Assembly (NCBI GenBank): GCA_964658305.1
Contig: OZ210885.1
Span: 7,068,001-7,132,000 of the forward strand
DNA from: Leptogorgia sarmentosa
Taxonomy: Eukaryota
Reading direction: 5' to 3'
Length of the DNA: 64,000 nucleotides
Of the stretch, positions 12,701 to 27,700 are shown piece by piece. The notes below the pieces were generated by a model that saw only the letters and a program-made list of their open reading frames with translations, was not told the DNA's origin and made no database searches. The translations under genes and the position numbers were made by a program. Every line of letters begins with the position of its first letter. Position 1 is the stretch's first letter.

Positions 12701-15700
12701 TTGTACATATTTAGTAATACTATCCTAGAATTAGGGGCTGCTATTTTTTAGCGAAGTTTGTTCGCAAGAGGTTGATTTTTTCGACTTGTTTTAAGCGGTA
12801 GCGAGTCATATTATTGTTTACTTGCCAACCTTGTCATATTATACTACTGAATGTTACGTCATGCGTGCGTTGGGCTACCTATGGGAAAACCGGCTTTAAA
12901 CAATTCTACTTCGTGCGGTTCTCGATCATTTTATCCTCCGCCCAATGATTTTCGGATTCGAACGATTCACTTACACTTTGAAATGTATAGTTTAGGTATA
13001 GTGAGTAAAACACTTGGTGCATGTTGATGTTGTTACCGCTACCTATATGGTAGCGAAAATATTTTCCAGTACGGACCGACCTAAATGGTAAAGCTCGAAG
13101 CTATAATAAAACTCATAAGAAATTCCAGTGTTGCGAACTAGATTTGAGATCAGTTGTGTTTGTTTACTTTGTTACTCTATCGCAAGTATGGCTGCTAAAC
13201 AGCCAAGACGAAGTGAGAAAAAAACCCTTCAATATTGACGCATTTGCTTCAATATTGACGCTTTTCCACTCAACATTACTACGAAAAAGGTAAACTTATT
13301 AAAATTATTTATTTTCCCGTTCGTTTCACGATACAAACATGGTTAAAATACGCTTTAGGCACCGAAATATTTCGCGGAGAATGTTTTGTTTTGTTCATAC
13401 TGATGAGACTTTGTTGATACTTATGAGTTTTTGTCGCTGTAAATACCCCCTAAAATATCCCTTAGCATAATAAAATGAACTTTCATGTGTTCTTTATCGC
13501 CTAAATTCGTTTTGAATGTTTTAAAAAGCGGCCATTCAATTAAAAAAAAAACATTGACTATATATTTGTATCTACGAGAATGCGAGCGGTCCGTACCGTA
13601 GGATACGGACCGCTCGGCAACCAATCAGAAAGCTCTATTTAGGTTACGGACCGGGAGTTACGGACGGAAAAAAAAATAAAGATACCCCAAAAGGCAGTTC
13701 ACTGTTTAGAATACCTTCTGCAAGCGGCATACGAGAGGTTAACCACCGATATCCTCCATGGTCCACTTTTACTGCTTACTTCACTGAGCAAAGAGCCGAA
13801 GCCAAGTCTGGTATATTCTTTACAATATGGCGTCATATTCAGTTTGTCAATGCCTGGGGTTGAATCGGCAGTAAGTGAGATGGGAATATCAGCAAGATCC
13901 ACCTGGAAACAAAATACTTCACCCATCAGTGATGTGATAAGTGTGGTAGCCTGCTATATGACCACCTCGTTATTACAACCCACTTTTTTTACCTGAAATA
14001 ACGCTAATTTATTTCCTCATGAAAGTACGCCGGTTAATACGCCCACTTCGTTTGATACGACTAACGACCGACTTTAAAAATAGTCAGCTTATTAATATGA
14101 CCTTTGAATATATGTAATAATCAATAATGCTTGATTTATGTATAAAATGAACGGCAAATGAACACGTTTTAGTATACACCCAACCATCGTCTATTACAAA
14201 TGCTACAATCTGATTGGCTACTCAGCCGTTGTCTATTTAACAATTAGATTACGAGCTCGAGATTTCTATGAGGTGATAGTTGATGAGGGCGAAGCCCGAA
14301 TCTAATTGTTTTAGTAGAATCAGAGATCAAACATGAAAATATTGCAAAAAATAATTTAAAAACGCGTCTCAGAAGACATTTTCTTGAACGAAAATTCACA
14401 TATTTTGCAACTCGCAATCTATCGAGGAATAGATATCGAGTAGAGTAGCCAATCAAATTGCAGCATTTGCAATAGTATACGAGTATGATTCTACTAATCC
14501 GTGTTAGTATAAATTTTCAAGTAACTACTGTATAACATTTCCTGCAATCTGATTGGTCCAGAATGACCGTCTCTGAAGTGATAGTTACTGGCTAGGCAGT
14601 AAATGTGTCAAGAACGTGCTATAAATTTACTCACGTGTCCATCAGTCACATTTTCCAACGAACCATCGGACGACAAATTTCTTTTCCGGCCCGGCTTAGG
14701 CGAGGACAAACCATTTCGATTGCGGGCCCTCTTCATAGAGCCCTTAATATTATTTCTTATCCCGCTTTCTCGTTTAATTCCAGGATGGTTTAATCGGGCT
14801 TTCAGAATTCTTGGGTCCACTGGTTGATGTTCGTTAGGCGGGAGTTGTAGCCGGACGCATTTTGCCGGCTGTTTTTTATCCGTTTTAAATGAGAATGTGC
14901 TTAACACAGACGGAGGATAACGGAGTCTGGTGACAGTTTTACGGAATATTTCAACCTTTTCCGCACCGACTTCTTCATCAAAACAAAGTTTCAGCATCTA
15001 GAGTTATGATAAAACAAAGACATCTTTAAATAAAGGACCATTCCCCCTATTAGAAAAACCTTAGGTAGCGCGAAAATGGGCTGTTTTAACCATCAATTTG
15101 CAGTCTCGTATAGTTGAACCACTTTAATTCGCATTACATGAAGTAGCCGATAAAATGTTAAATGCACGTCGATCGGTCATGTTTTATTTAAGGAATAGAA
15201 AACATTTTCCATGTTTACATCATTCTCAGTGATATGAAAAACTAGACTACCTCGTATTAATATGACGCTGCAGGAAACCACTATTATGAGATTCAGTGTT
15301 TTACCTGAAATGTAACTGATCGCAATTGAATACATTCTGGCAGCAATGAATTGAGATGTGGTAGATATTGAGCAGTTAGCTTTTTCTCTCTGACCAGGGA
15401 TGCAAGAGGAAAACTTCGAGTGACCACCATTTCGGAAGCTGGAAAACGGTAATTTATTTCATTAATGAATATTTTATTAACATTATTACTGATGTTATAT
15501 TGACTTGACACATTAGCACTACTATGTGACGTTAACATGCTAAAACAACATTAACATGCAACATTATCACGGAACGGTAACATAAAAATGCAACTTCAAC
15601 ATTACCATTAACATTTTTAACATACAAATTAGCCATAACATGCAAATTACAACATCAACACCAACATCAACAAACACCAACATCTAGCACTACTATGTGA

Positions 15701-18700
15701 CGTTAACATGCTAATACAACATTAACATGCAACATTATTATGGAACGGTAACATAAAAATGCAACTTCAACATTACCATTAACATTTTTAACATACAAAT
15801 TAGCAATAACATGCAAATTACAACATCAACACCAACATCAACACCAACATCAACACCAACATTAACACCAACATCAACACCGACATCAACACAACACCAA
15901 CATCTACATAAACACCAACACCAACATTGACACCAACATCAACACCGACATCAACACAACACCAACATCAACAAACACCAACATCTACATAAACACCAAC
16001 TTCAACATCAACATCCAACAATATGATGAACATTGACAATAACAATGCAACCATATAACATGCAAATTTGCCCGAAATATCAACTTAATATTAACTTAAC
16101 ATTAACTAAAATCCTATAAACATGCAACATTTAGATGTCACATCAACACAAATTAGCATCAATATTAACATGTAATATTAGCAAACATGCAAGGTTAACA
16201 TCAACGGTGACATTGACATGCAATCATGAAACATCACCATCAACACTACAAACAAGCAAAATTAGCAGGAGCCATAACTGCAACAACAACGCGCCTAGTT
16301 TTTTCGGCATATAGAAGGAAGCAAGACGGGTATTCAATAATTTCTTAAGGCCAGTTTACACTGTACAACTTTTGCTTACAACTGTCGCATGCAATTGTTG
16401 CGTACGATTGTCGTAAGCTTTTTAACATGCTTTCAGAAGGCTACAACTTTTCTCCGTGTTGTACCGAACTGTCGTAGCGAGTTGTAGGGTAAAGTTAACA
16501 TTGTACAAATCGAGTTGTAAGCGCATTGCATGCGACAGTTGTAAGCAAAAGTTGGACTGACTTTCATCCAAACATAAAATTTACTAATACTGCAAAAAAC
16601 TCGTTTTACACGTTCAGTTTATTTCTAAAAGAAACAGCTGAGAAAATGGCGTTAGTAAAAATGGCAGTCATTACAAAACTTACCAAATTCATCGACAGGC
16701 GTTCCTTTGAAGATAATCCTGTAATTGGTGATGAAGACAGCGCCCTCAGCGGGAAAAAGACAAGGGCCACCGTAGTTCAAACCAGTCCCAGTCTCCCGTC
16801 CATCGGGTATCAAATAACACCTCAGTCCATTCATTTGTGGTTCCTCACACGGCAACATCGCCGGTCGGATTATTTTTGCCTATGAAAATACAACATAAAA
16901 TATTCAGGGTGTCACAAAAAAACGAAAACATTGAAATTAACACATTGTTGGAAAATCAAGAATTTGAACGCAAAAATGCGTAAAAAGCGATTGAGAAACG
17001 GCTTGTAAGTCCACATTGATTAAAACCAAATTTTGAATAGATTAAAATAACGGCTTGCATAATCATTCATGCACTCGTGGGATTTAGCTTAGGGCATTAC
17101 GTGCCATGGCATTTATACCATGTCTAACATCCTTAAACCAGTCGTTTGATAAACAAATAGTTGTTTCATTTCATATCAGTGATTAAGTCAAATTGTGATG
17201 AAATGTTGCACATATTGAATTTTGTCTCATGTATATTTAGACTTTCGGGCAGTAACTGTATCACTTTCAAAAGTAGTTGGGAGTTATAGTTCTGCAGATA
17301 ACATTATCTCAAATTTCTCCGATAAAGTGAGACTGGACTCACACTGTATAAGCCGAGGAGAGGTGTGAATTACCTTTCGAATTGGTGCCAATTGCTTGTA
17401 CTCTCTGTGTACTGGTTCTAACGACTCTGTATGCATCGTTACCACACCTATATAGAAACAAAAGGAAAGTGAAATGAAAAATTAAGTAAAGCTAGAAGCC
17501 ATCGCTCGAAGGATAAGAGTTACAACTCTCAAGGTTTTTATCTCCAAATCCTCCTTCACTCTCCCCCACGCTCATCCCCTTCGACTAAGGTGGCTCCCTA
17601 CAGTTTTAACGCGATCTATATAGATCAGATGCGCGTGGAAAATTCGAGACCCGGCCGCATTTTGAAAACAGTTTACTTGTTTGGGTAACTTATCCAAGAT
17701 ACCGATAATATCCGGTATAATTCTCACGATTTACCGATACCGGAAATTTCTCATACCGAACAGTACCAAAAAGAACTTCAATTCTAGTGGGAGACGCCAG
17801 GGGGGCGGGGGTGGGGGAGTGCAGGGTGTCAGCCATTCTTTGATTCTCGGACAATTTTACCTAAAAACCATTCAAAGTCATCTTCAGACAGAATATTCAT
17901 ATTTGAAATAAAGTTTGAAAATTTTGAAATAAAGTCGAAAATTTACAGTCTCAAACTGCGTCTTGTTTTGAATTATATATTGAATTCTCAAGGTGTCCTT
18001 GTATTTTCGGAATTTGTTTTTTGACCTAAAAATCATGCATAAATGTAAAGAGGATAACTAAGGAATACTAACTCGGCACCAAACTGTACAGAGACTTGAG
18101 ATGTTCTGTCGAAATACCAGCGGCGGTACCAACGCGATCAACAAAGCGTATAACAAATCTGGTGACTTCGTCAGTGACTGTGTCGGTGTCCTCATCATCC
18201 CAGTTGTCACCACCATGCACGTCGCCATACACACTGCCTACGCCTGGGAAACAGAAACGGCAACAATGGACCGATTGCATAATAGATAAAACTTTTAAAA
18301 GTTTCGAAATAGTACAATTCATAGCAACAGCGTTCAAGAGCATCCCAAAATTAGTAAGAATGCAAAGTTTGGGGGCGAAATGTTGTAAAATGTGCAAGAT
18401 ATGACCCTATAAAGTTTGCAAATTTTATATATTTTAGTATTACGCACGGAAAATTGATACCCCTATCGAGAAAAGGGTACAGTATCAATTTTGCGTGCGT
18501 AATACTAAAATATAAAACATTTGCAAACTTCACAGGGGTATATTTTCGCATTTTACAACAATCAAACGTTGCATTTCTACTAACTTTGGGATGCTCTTAA
18601 CGCTGTTTTCATGAATTGTACCATTTCGAACTTTTTAAAAATTTTGTCTATTGGGCAATCGGTCAATTTCAGAGGATTATCATGATCCCTTGTGTATCAA

Positions 18701-21700
18701 AACATGATAACAAAATTTGGGGCGTGCTCTCTTAATTCGAAGGATTGAAAATTTCAATCTTTCAACAGTTTAAAAAATAAGTCAGTCTAATAGATTGAAT
18801 TTAGATAGAAAAAGACGCCTGCTCAGGAGGAGTCTAGTATTACCTGTTCCGCCATCAGTCATATCAATAACAGATCCGTCAGTGCTCTGACCAACTTTCG
18901 CGACGTTACTTCGACTGTCCGATCCGATGCTTGTATTAGCCAAAGATCCATCGACGTTGTCCTTGGAAGCTCCTGGGGAATGATAATAACAGAATTATGG
19001 AAAGCTGAAAATAACGGCAGCTAATTCCCCTGGGAAACTACGGAAATCGTGAACGGGAAATCACGAGACAGTTTTGGACCGCGGACGTGGAAATGTTAAT
19101 GTGTGCTCTGCTAATGTATGCATATGCCACGCCATTTTAACAAGAGAGAGAGACTGAAAATGCAATTAGTCTTTCTTTTTTATACACCCCAGCCCTTTTT
19201 TTATACACACTGTAGCATTCACTTCGAGCATGTTGTCTATAAATTGTATAAGACTGAAAAATTATGGCCACCGCTGGCGAAAACTTTCACCACCGAAGAA
19301 AATAAAATTCATTTGTTCTTTCGCGCTGTCAGTCAAAGGTCAAAGAGAAGTTGAAAATTATTTCTCAGTTCATTTCGCGGGCGGCGGTGAAATAACAGGC
19401 AGCAGGTTAGCAAACACAACGCGACGTCGAAACATGCATAGATAAGCCTATCACGCCATTTTTACACCATTTTCGCGTCCTCTTCGACGTCGCGTTGTGT
19501 TTGCTAAATCTGCCTAATTGTGTCAAAGGCGTTTAGCTTAAACGGTGGAGAAGTAAAAAATATCCAACAAAACTATGAATTATTGAGAACTATGCATAGC
19601 ACATCACATTTAGTTGATAAAATTTAGGGTCAATTATTCACAAAGTGAATAGGAGTGTTTTGAAAATTTTGCTCATCCACCAACACAACCGGCCCTTGCA
19701 GTTCGCTCTAGACTTACCAGTATTTTCCAGCACGGTATCTGGAACACGCCTCCTCTTTGGTTTCACCAGTTCTGAGACATTCAGTGGTATCATGAGGTAC
19801 ACCATGCGATTGACGAAATGTATTGCTTGACTGAATACAATACTTTCTTCGTTTGTCACATTCGTGTTCTGTACTTCTTGTGAAAATGAATCCCAGTTGC
19901 GAAGCTAAAAAGCCATGCGACAGTTAATGGATGATGGATGGAGGCCGAGAAGAATATGACGAATAATTACGTTTACACAACTCCGGATGGGTCTGAAAGC
20001 GGCGCAAAAGAATAACAAAACGGGGCTCCGTTTACACTGATGCGGAGCGGTTTATTCAAAAACGTCACTTTTGCCATGGTGGTACGATCACACTTTCTAA
20101 ACGTGGTCGGGCGAAAACGGAGTGGCACATGGCGTTGTGTAAACACTGTCGCCGTTAAAATTTCACTACACTTTGTATTAATAGTGTTTGGTGGGAAAAC
20201 ATTATTTCGGATTAGCATTTTCTTGTTTTATGCAGAGGGAAAATAACAAAGCGGAATTCAAACGGAACAGTGTAAACGCAATCAAATTATGCTATCTCTT
20301 TTTCGCTCCGGAGAAAAAGGGAGGAAGCCATTTGTATATTCTCGCTTTTGGCATAAGCAGCAAAATTAGTGTAACAGGGTATTCGATATACGACCAAACA
20401 CGTCATAATGTCGTATATGTGTTTTGGTGATGTCATAACTGCAAATTTGGGCAGATACCGAACAGACATGACGATTTCATCCACAGCTCTTAACCAATCA
20501 AAAATCTTAAATTATTTTTAAAAACTGATGCGACATAAACTGGCCTCAGATCTGCATAGAATACTGGATAACGCATGTATTGTTGCAAAAACGAAACCGC
20601 AAGTGAGGCATTACTGAGGGATTACAATATAATATGTTTATTCATTATTTATTTGTAATAATTCAAGAGTTTTGATTGGTTAAGAGCGGTGGGTGAAATC
20701 GTAATATACGACATTATGACGTAATTATGTCGTATATTGAAAATTATATGCCATTATGACGTCGACTAATTTATACTGCTTATGCCAAAAGCTGAAAAAT
20801 ACAAATGGCTTTCTCAAAGGAAGTTCTTGTGTACAATGCGTTTAACCTAACTCCGATAAAGATACAAATAGATGATAAAACTATTATTAAATTCGGTTTT
20901 CGTAGGACATGCTGAATTATGAAGACCTCGTTTTGTGTTATTGCCTCGGCCTTCGGCTTCGACAAATAACACAAACCTCGGCCTTAATAATTCTTCATAT
21001 CCTACTCGACCTCATTCAACAATTGTTTGATATTTTCGTATACACACACCTGGGTTGCAGCAATATCTAAGGCTTCGTTATTCACTCCGAACTCTCGATC
21101 AATATTGTCCTGGGGATAAACTCCTGACTGCGTGATCACCACCACATCATGTTTAGGCATTGGTGGACTATGAAGCTGGGTCATACTGGTCCTTGATGTA
21201 CGTGGCGTTGAGAGACGTTCGAATAATCCAGTATGGTTGGCGAGTACTGTAAGAAAATATAAGGCTCGTTTACACTACAAATGCCTCGCAATGCCGGGAC
21301 TCACCGTGGCAGAGGTGCTCGACACGGCAAAGATTTTAGACTGCGACCGATTAAAAGAATAAAATTCAAGAAGTTTAGTTGTAAATGTTAATTGTGCAGT
21401 TTTGAATCTGTAAAACCGGACTCGACGCTTTAATGTTCATCGCTTGACTGAGTTGGATCGCTTGTTGCTGTTTGTTGACATTTTACAACGGTGAAAATTT
21501 GTGTTGTACTTTCAAATGCAGAAAAATACAGATGAAAACTGCTGAAATTTAAAACTAGCTATAGTTTAAACGAAACTTCGACTATTTTAATTCCGTAACT
21601 GTTGTTTTTCCGTGCTTTTTGGCGTGTATTTATCAAGTAAAACTGTTTTTGTAAATATGTCGATTTCAAAGCGATAGAACACTTTGAAATTATATTCAGT

Positions 21701-24700
21701 TATTAACTAAAATGCAAATAAATTTGGAAGTTGTTTTTGTCCAGCGCTTGTGTACGCGCCGAGTCGACTATCAGTCATATACGACGAGATTGAGCAGAAC
21801 AACTGTTAAATATACATACATCTATCCGACGATTGTCGTTTCTTGTTGCTTGAACCATCGTACAGTTTCTTTATATCAGTTTGAACGTCACTGAAGAACG
21901 TTTCTTCCCAGAACTGGGCGTTCTGCCAGATGGGATGATCTTGAACGCAAGTATAGGCAAACTGCATTACGCCAGGCGCCAGATTCTAAAATATTGAAGA
22001 CAAAGAATACTTTACATTAATTACCAACGCTTCATAATAACGTGCACAATAATGGAATGAATTTCTTGGGAAAATGATTGGCATAACTCCATTGTAGCTA
22101 ACAAGCGAGTCGTGTTGATAACTCAATGGCAAGTCTTTTAAAATTCGTATTGTCCCTTATATTTGTAAAATGTAAATATCATTTTACCACGAGAAGATAA
22201 AATTCATATCTTCAAACCGCCGTGTAATGTTCTTTTTATTATATAGTCGTAAAAGCCAGTCGGCAATATATTAATGTATGATCGATAATGCTAAATTTTT
22301 GAACGAAATATACAGTAGCTATATTTTCCAAATTCAAAGTATATCTGGGTATCATTTAAGAGTTCTTGTAGTATTTTAATTTTATCTACAAGAATATTGT
22401 TGTTTTCTTCATTGAACAAAGCAAGGAAGTGGGGGGGGGACTTTAATTAATAGCTTTTTTTTGAAATCCAGGATTTCATTGGGGGCGGGGCGAAGCTAAA
22501 CATTGAGGGTGGGGGGCTCCTACGTCCCTGAAACATTGGTTCGACGCTCTTATAGACGAACATCGCCATTTTGAAAACAAATTTTTGGCGGGAAATGATC
22601 ACGTGATCGATATCTTTACTAGTGAAGATATGGAAAATATCTCACTTTTCAGTATCTCTACAATATAATAATTATCATTTATATACCCTCCGCTCGGGTG
22701 ATTCGACGAAATATTACCCGAAGATCATGGTATTTCCCTCGGACTTCGTCCTCGGGAAATACCATGATCTTCGGGTAATATTTCGTCGAATCACCCGAGC
22801 GGAGGGTATATAAATGATAAATATCAACACGGAAAATTTTGTATAATTCTTAAATATTACAGTTTTCCACGCAGTGCATTACTTCAACTATATAGGTGCT
22901 TTCAAATCTATTTCTCATAAAAGATGATTCAATGCGGAATGACAGAATATTACAGGTATGTATTACTTACTCGACAGAATTCTGCGGTTAATGGAAGCAA
23001 AGCTGACGCAACAGCACCATCATTCAAACTCGCATCATCCTACAACCAAAGTTAGATAATGCCATCTTTAACAGCGATCACATGAAATAGTACAGAACTC
23101 AAGCAAGCTTCAATGGGTGGTTTGCAATTGGCGGCCATCTTGGTTGACATATCAAAGCACGTGCACATCGGTTACACACGTAAAAATCTCACAACTTGTC
23201 AGCAAGATGCGTTCGCAAAAAGCTTGTAGCCAGCCTGTCAACAAGTTGTAACAATGCTGTTACTTTGACAAGTTGCTACAAGCTTGTCACTCACAACCTG
23301 TTAACAAGTTGTTGAATTGCAAGACGATAACAAGTTGTTAGGGTAAGCTTGTAGCAAGTCTGAAGAGTCAACAAGCTTGTAGCAGGTCTGCTGCAGGTTA
23401 CTAACAACTGGTCAACAAGTCTGGAGCAAGCAGTGCGAACACAACTTGATATCGGCTTGTTGGAACAATATTGTAGCAAGTCCGCTGCAGGTGATGAAAT
23501 TATTACAATATAAAAATTTTACATTTGAAATAACTTACCTGTAACGCACAGTTCATTAAAGTGATAACAAGATTAAATTGATCGTGTTCAAGTACAGCTC
23601 TGTGCTGCTCAGAACGTGCTGCCAATTCTTGACACAATGCCAATTGAGCTCCTCTTGATTTCAAAGCTCTCTGAACTGAGGGCAGTGCCTGTCAAAGTTC
23701 AAAAAATTTATGTTAAAATACGGCGATAGCTCAGGCGATATGTCAGGCGATAGACCCGGAGCGGGGTAATTTGCCAGAATATTTCCTGAAGTGATGATAT
23801 TTAAAGCATAATGAAAGCAAAATTTAAAACATGATATTTTATGTATGAACATCTCTATAATTCATCTTTCAAACTTTCGTGTGGCAGTTTTGTTCTTGTT
23901 TTTCTGGCGTCTTTTGGAGACGAGGGGCAGTGATGAGAGGAAGGAAAGAGGGGCAGGGAGGAGGGGAAGGGAGGAGGGGCAGAGAAGAGGGGCAGAGAAG
24001 AGGGGCAGGGAAAAGTGGCTGGGAAGAGGGGTAGGGATGAGGGGTAGAGAGGAGGGGTAGGGAGGAGAGGTGGGAAGAGGGAAAGGAAGGAGAGGCAGGG
24101 AGGAGGGGAAGGAAGGCGGAGAAGGAAGAGGGGGAGGAAGGAGGGGAAGGAAGGAGGGGAAGGGAGAATTAATGAGGAGTAGTCGCCTCGTGTGCCTATG
24201 CAAAGCCGTTTTCCACTCAATTGTTTCGCTGCCACTGGCGAAAAAAATTGACAAAGAAATCATTTTTTACATTCATTCGCCACTGAAAAATTTGTTCCTC
24301 TGTAGTTGTTGAAAACGTTCAACTTAATCAAACCTTTCACTGATGGCGGGAAAGAACCTTTTTCGGTGGCAAATTTTCCGCCAACGGCAGCGAAATACGT
24401 GAGTGGAAAACGGGGTTAAGGATGCTCCTGAATGCCAATTACTAGGTTTGAGTTGAGTAGGGGGGGGGGGGGGGGGGGAGGCGAAGGCAAATTTAAGTCA
24501 TTATCGTTATTCATTTCTTTAGAAATTGATTCCTTATACGGTCTATAAACACAGAAAAAATTGCATTTGCATGACCAAATGTCGGGCTGCCTTCTCCACT
24601 GAGTTGAGTAATATCAATGCATACCTTTCTGGCCTCGGATATCTTGTTTTCAAATATATAAGCCACGCAATCGTGCAGCACCTCCAACTTGCGGATATTA

Positions 24701-27700
24701 ATGTAGTGTCTGGTTTGAAAGCTGAACTCTCCAGAACCATAAGGAACCTTGTCAAACGATAACTGGCTCGCTTTGCATGTTGCAGCGGTGTTACCACTGG
24801 CTTCGTCGTCAGCCAAATGTTTTTCAATGGCGGACGCGTCAAGGATTGGAAACGAGGAAGGAGAATCCTCTCTCATATTTGGTAGCATCGTTGGAATGTC
24901 ATCTTCTCTGGAACTGTTTGATTCCTAAAACGAACAAAGGATTTTAGCATACACCCAAACATCGTCTATTACAAATGCTACATTCTGATTGGCTAATCAG
25001 CCGTTGTCTATTCCGTGTTAGTATACACCCAACCATCGTCTATTACAAATGCTACATTCTGATTGGCTACTCAGCCGTCGTCTATTTAACAATTAGATTA
25101 CGAGCTTTACGAGCTCGTAGAAATCGAGAGCGAGTAATCTAATTGTTTTAGTAGAATCAGAGATCAAACATGAAAATATTGCAAAAAATAATTTAAAAAC
25201 GCGTCTCAGAAGACATTTTCTTGAACGAAAATTCACATATTTTGCTACTCGCTATCTATCGAGGAATAGATATCGAGTAGAGTAGCCAATCTGTGATAGA
25301 TCACGGTTCGCGAAAAAGCAAAGGAAAACAATATGGCTGCTGCAGAAAACTCGCGTACTGCTGAGGTACGTTTGAGAAAACTGTTTATTCAACGAGTTAC
25401 ACAAAACGATAAAGTGTATTTGTAAACAAAGGCTGTATATCGCGCAAGAGACCATAATCCCCCCTTTTAGCAATATACTTACGTTATCATACAGTCGTTT
25501 AGCAATCTGCTGGATATTCGAGGTGATCTCGGCGTCCAGACCCAACTCACTTTTCAACGTTTCGTCAATACTTGCAACGAGCTGTATAACAGAAAAAAGA
25601 TTTGCTCAAAAATAGTGCCACACTAAATCTAAGGAACACAGTGGTAATCTAAGAAACACAATGGTCATTTAAGTTACAGCGGAGTTGCGGAAAAGCTGAG
25701 GGTACGCGGGTACCACCCATGAGGAAGGCTTGCAGTAGATGAGGTGATTGAGGAAGGTTTCAGCTGGATAGCGCTAAAGCAGTAGGATCTACGAATACGA
25801 AACCAATTTTGAAAGTCGTTGTTTATACATTTTGCAATTTGAAAACCTTAAGTTGCGTTCATTCTGAGGAATTTTTGAAAACCTGAACTTTCACACGGAG
25901 GAAGGTTGAACACTTTCTGCAACTCCTAGGTACAGACGACATTATTTCAAAAGTCGGATAGGTACCAATCAAAATGCTTGAAAACTATTATTCACTAATG
26001 AAATGATATGATGATAATGATATGAGTTTGTGTATTTCTGCACATTTGTTTACTTGGAAACTTCAAAGAGAAAATCTAAGACAAGATTTCTGAAGAAACA
26101 TTTCTAAATTCGTAAAAAAAATGTTCGAGAATTTGCTTTAAATTTTAACCCAATTCTAACCCAAGGTTAACCTAACCGCCTCTTCAACAACTGGCCCAGT
26201 AGAGCAGAGGCACCCAGATATTACCTTACCTCGTCAAACAGATCACACGTTCTATGAGGAGGACCACGCTCACCTATAAACGTGTTGAAACCCATGCTGT
26301 CTAAAACCTGCCAAGAAGAAAGGAAATATGTGAACACAAAACAGAAACAAGTTTTACAGTTGCTGAGCATTACCTGTGAAGTCTTACTGCCCGTTCTCAG
26401 GCTACTATAAGTCAGTAGTAGTTGAACGGAAGTAGCCTGAAGACCGACAGTAAAACTATTAACAAATAAAATCCCAAGAAGTCTTGTTTCCAGTCTAATA
26501 TCATTGTAATCAATTTCCTGGACGCTAATTGGCTAAAAAGCTTCAACAACTGTGCGAATTAAACATGAATTACACAGGTGTGTAATTAATTTTTCAAACA
26601 CCACGGTTTCGAGCCCGTGATATGCGAGCGGTAAACTTAAAAACAAGTAAAACTACAGTAAAATTTTTGTTTCTCGTATAAATTTACGATGGATTTTGAT
26701 TTGTTTGAGATTGAAATTGCACTGAAATTGACTACAATGATATTAAAAGGAAATTACACTTGTTCTCGAAGTATTAATGAAAAATTGCACGCGTGCATGT
26801 TTGGCGAAATACCGCGAGTGTGAAACATACTCCGAGTAAAAGGTCCCTCTTGAACTCAATATTTGAGAAAAAGCAAGAGGAGATGATTATAGCAGTGATA
26901 TTTCGAATTTATTACAAATTCATCATCAGACTAATGTTACAAGCCAATCGTGTCTCTATTATATACAAACGTGTGTTGACGTCAAGATGGACCTTTTATT
27001 CGAAGTATGTTTCTTTTTATACTTCTTAAAATTATCGGCTGGAAATGGGTTTTGATACTGAGGCAGGTTGTTCAAAATTAGGTTCAGGCTAATCCTGGTT
27101 TAAAATTTAACACAATGTTTTAAATCGTGTAATTCTGTACATCTGTTGTTTACTTCGAAACTTGAAAGAAGGAAACTCCTAATGATCTAGACAAGATTTC
27201 TGAAGAAATATTTCTAAATTCATAAACAAATTGTTGGAGAATTTGCTTTCAATTTTAAGTTAACCCAGGGTTAAACTACCCGGCTTTTGAACAACCCCAT
27301 GATACGTTTTTATGATACAAACCTTATTGAAAAAATCATCTCCGAAAACCCCTCTTTTCTCCATGAAAGTGCCCTAAAAAAATGAAAAAAAATTTAAATT
27401 TTGGCTAAATATTGCTAACATCCACTGGCGGGCAATTGGGGGGGGGGGGGGCGGTGGCCCCCCAATGATTTTCAACCTTTTAAGAGTCTGGTTTCTAGAA
27501 AGTTTAACCTCCGTAAAATTTCCTCCCAAAATGAGGGAGCTCTACGTGACTACAACTACCAGCATGCTTTGCGAGTATTTCCGGTCGTTCTCTATTATAA
27601 TTCTCACAAAACATGCTGGTTGTTGTAGTCACGCAGCGCAACAAGCGTAACTTATGCATAAGGTCTATTGACAGCATTGTGTAAAAATAGGTACGCCTAG

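Noticed and set aside
23845..24312. Pro-rich and Gly/Arg-rich ORFs
   Set aside because: Low-complexity polypurine tract in an intron.
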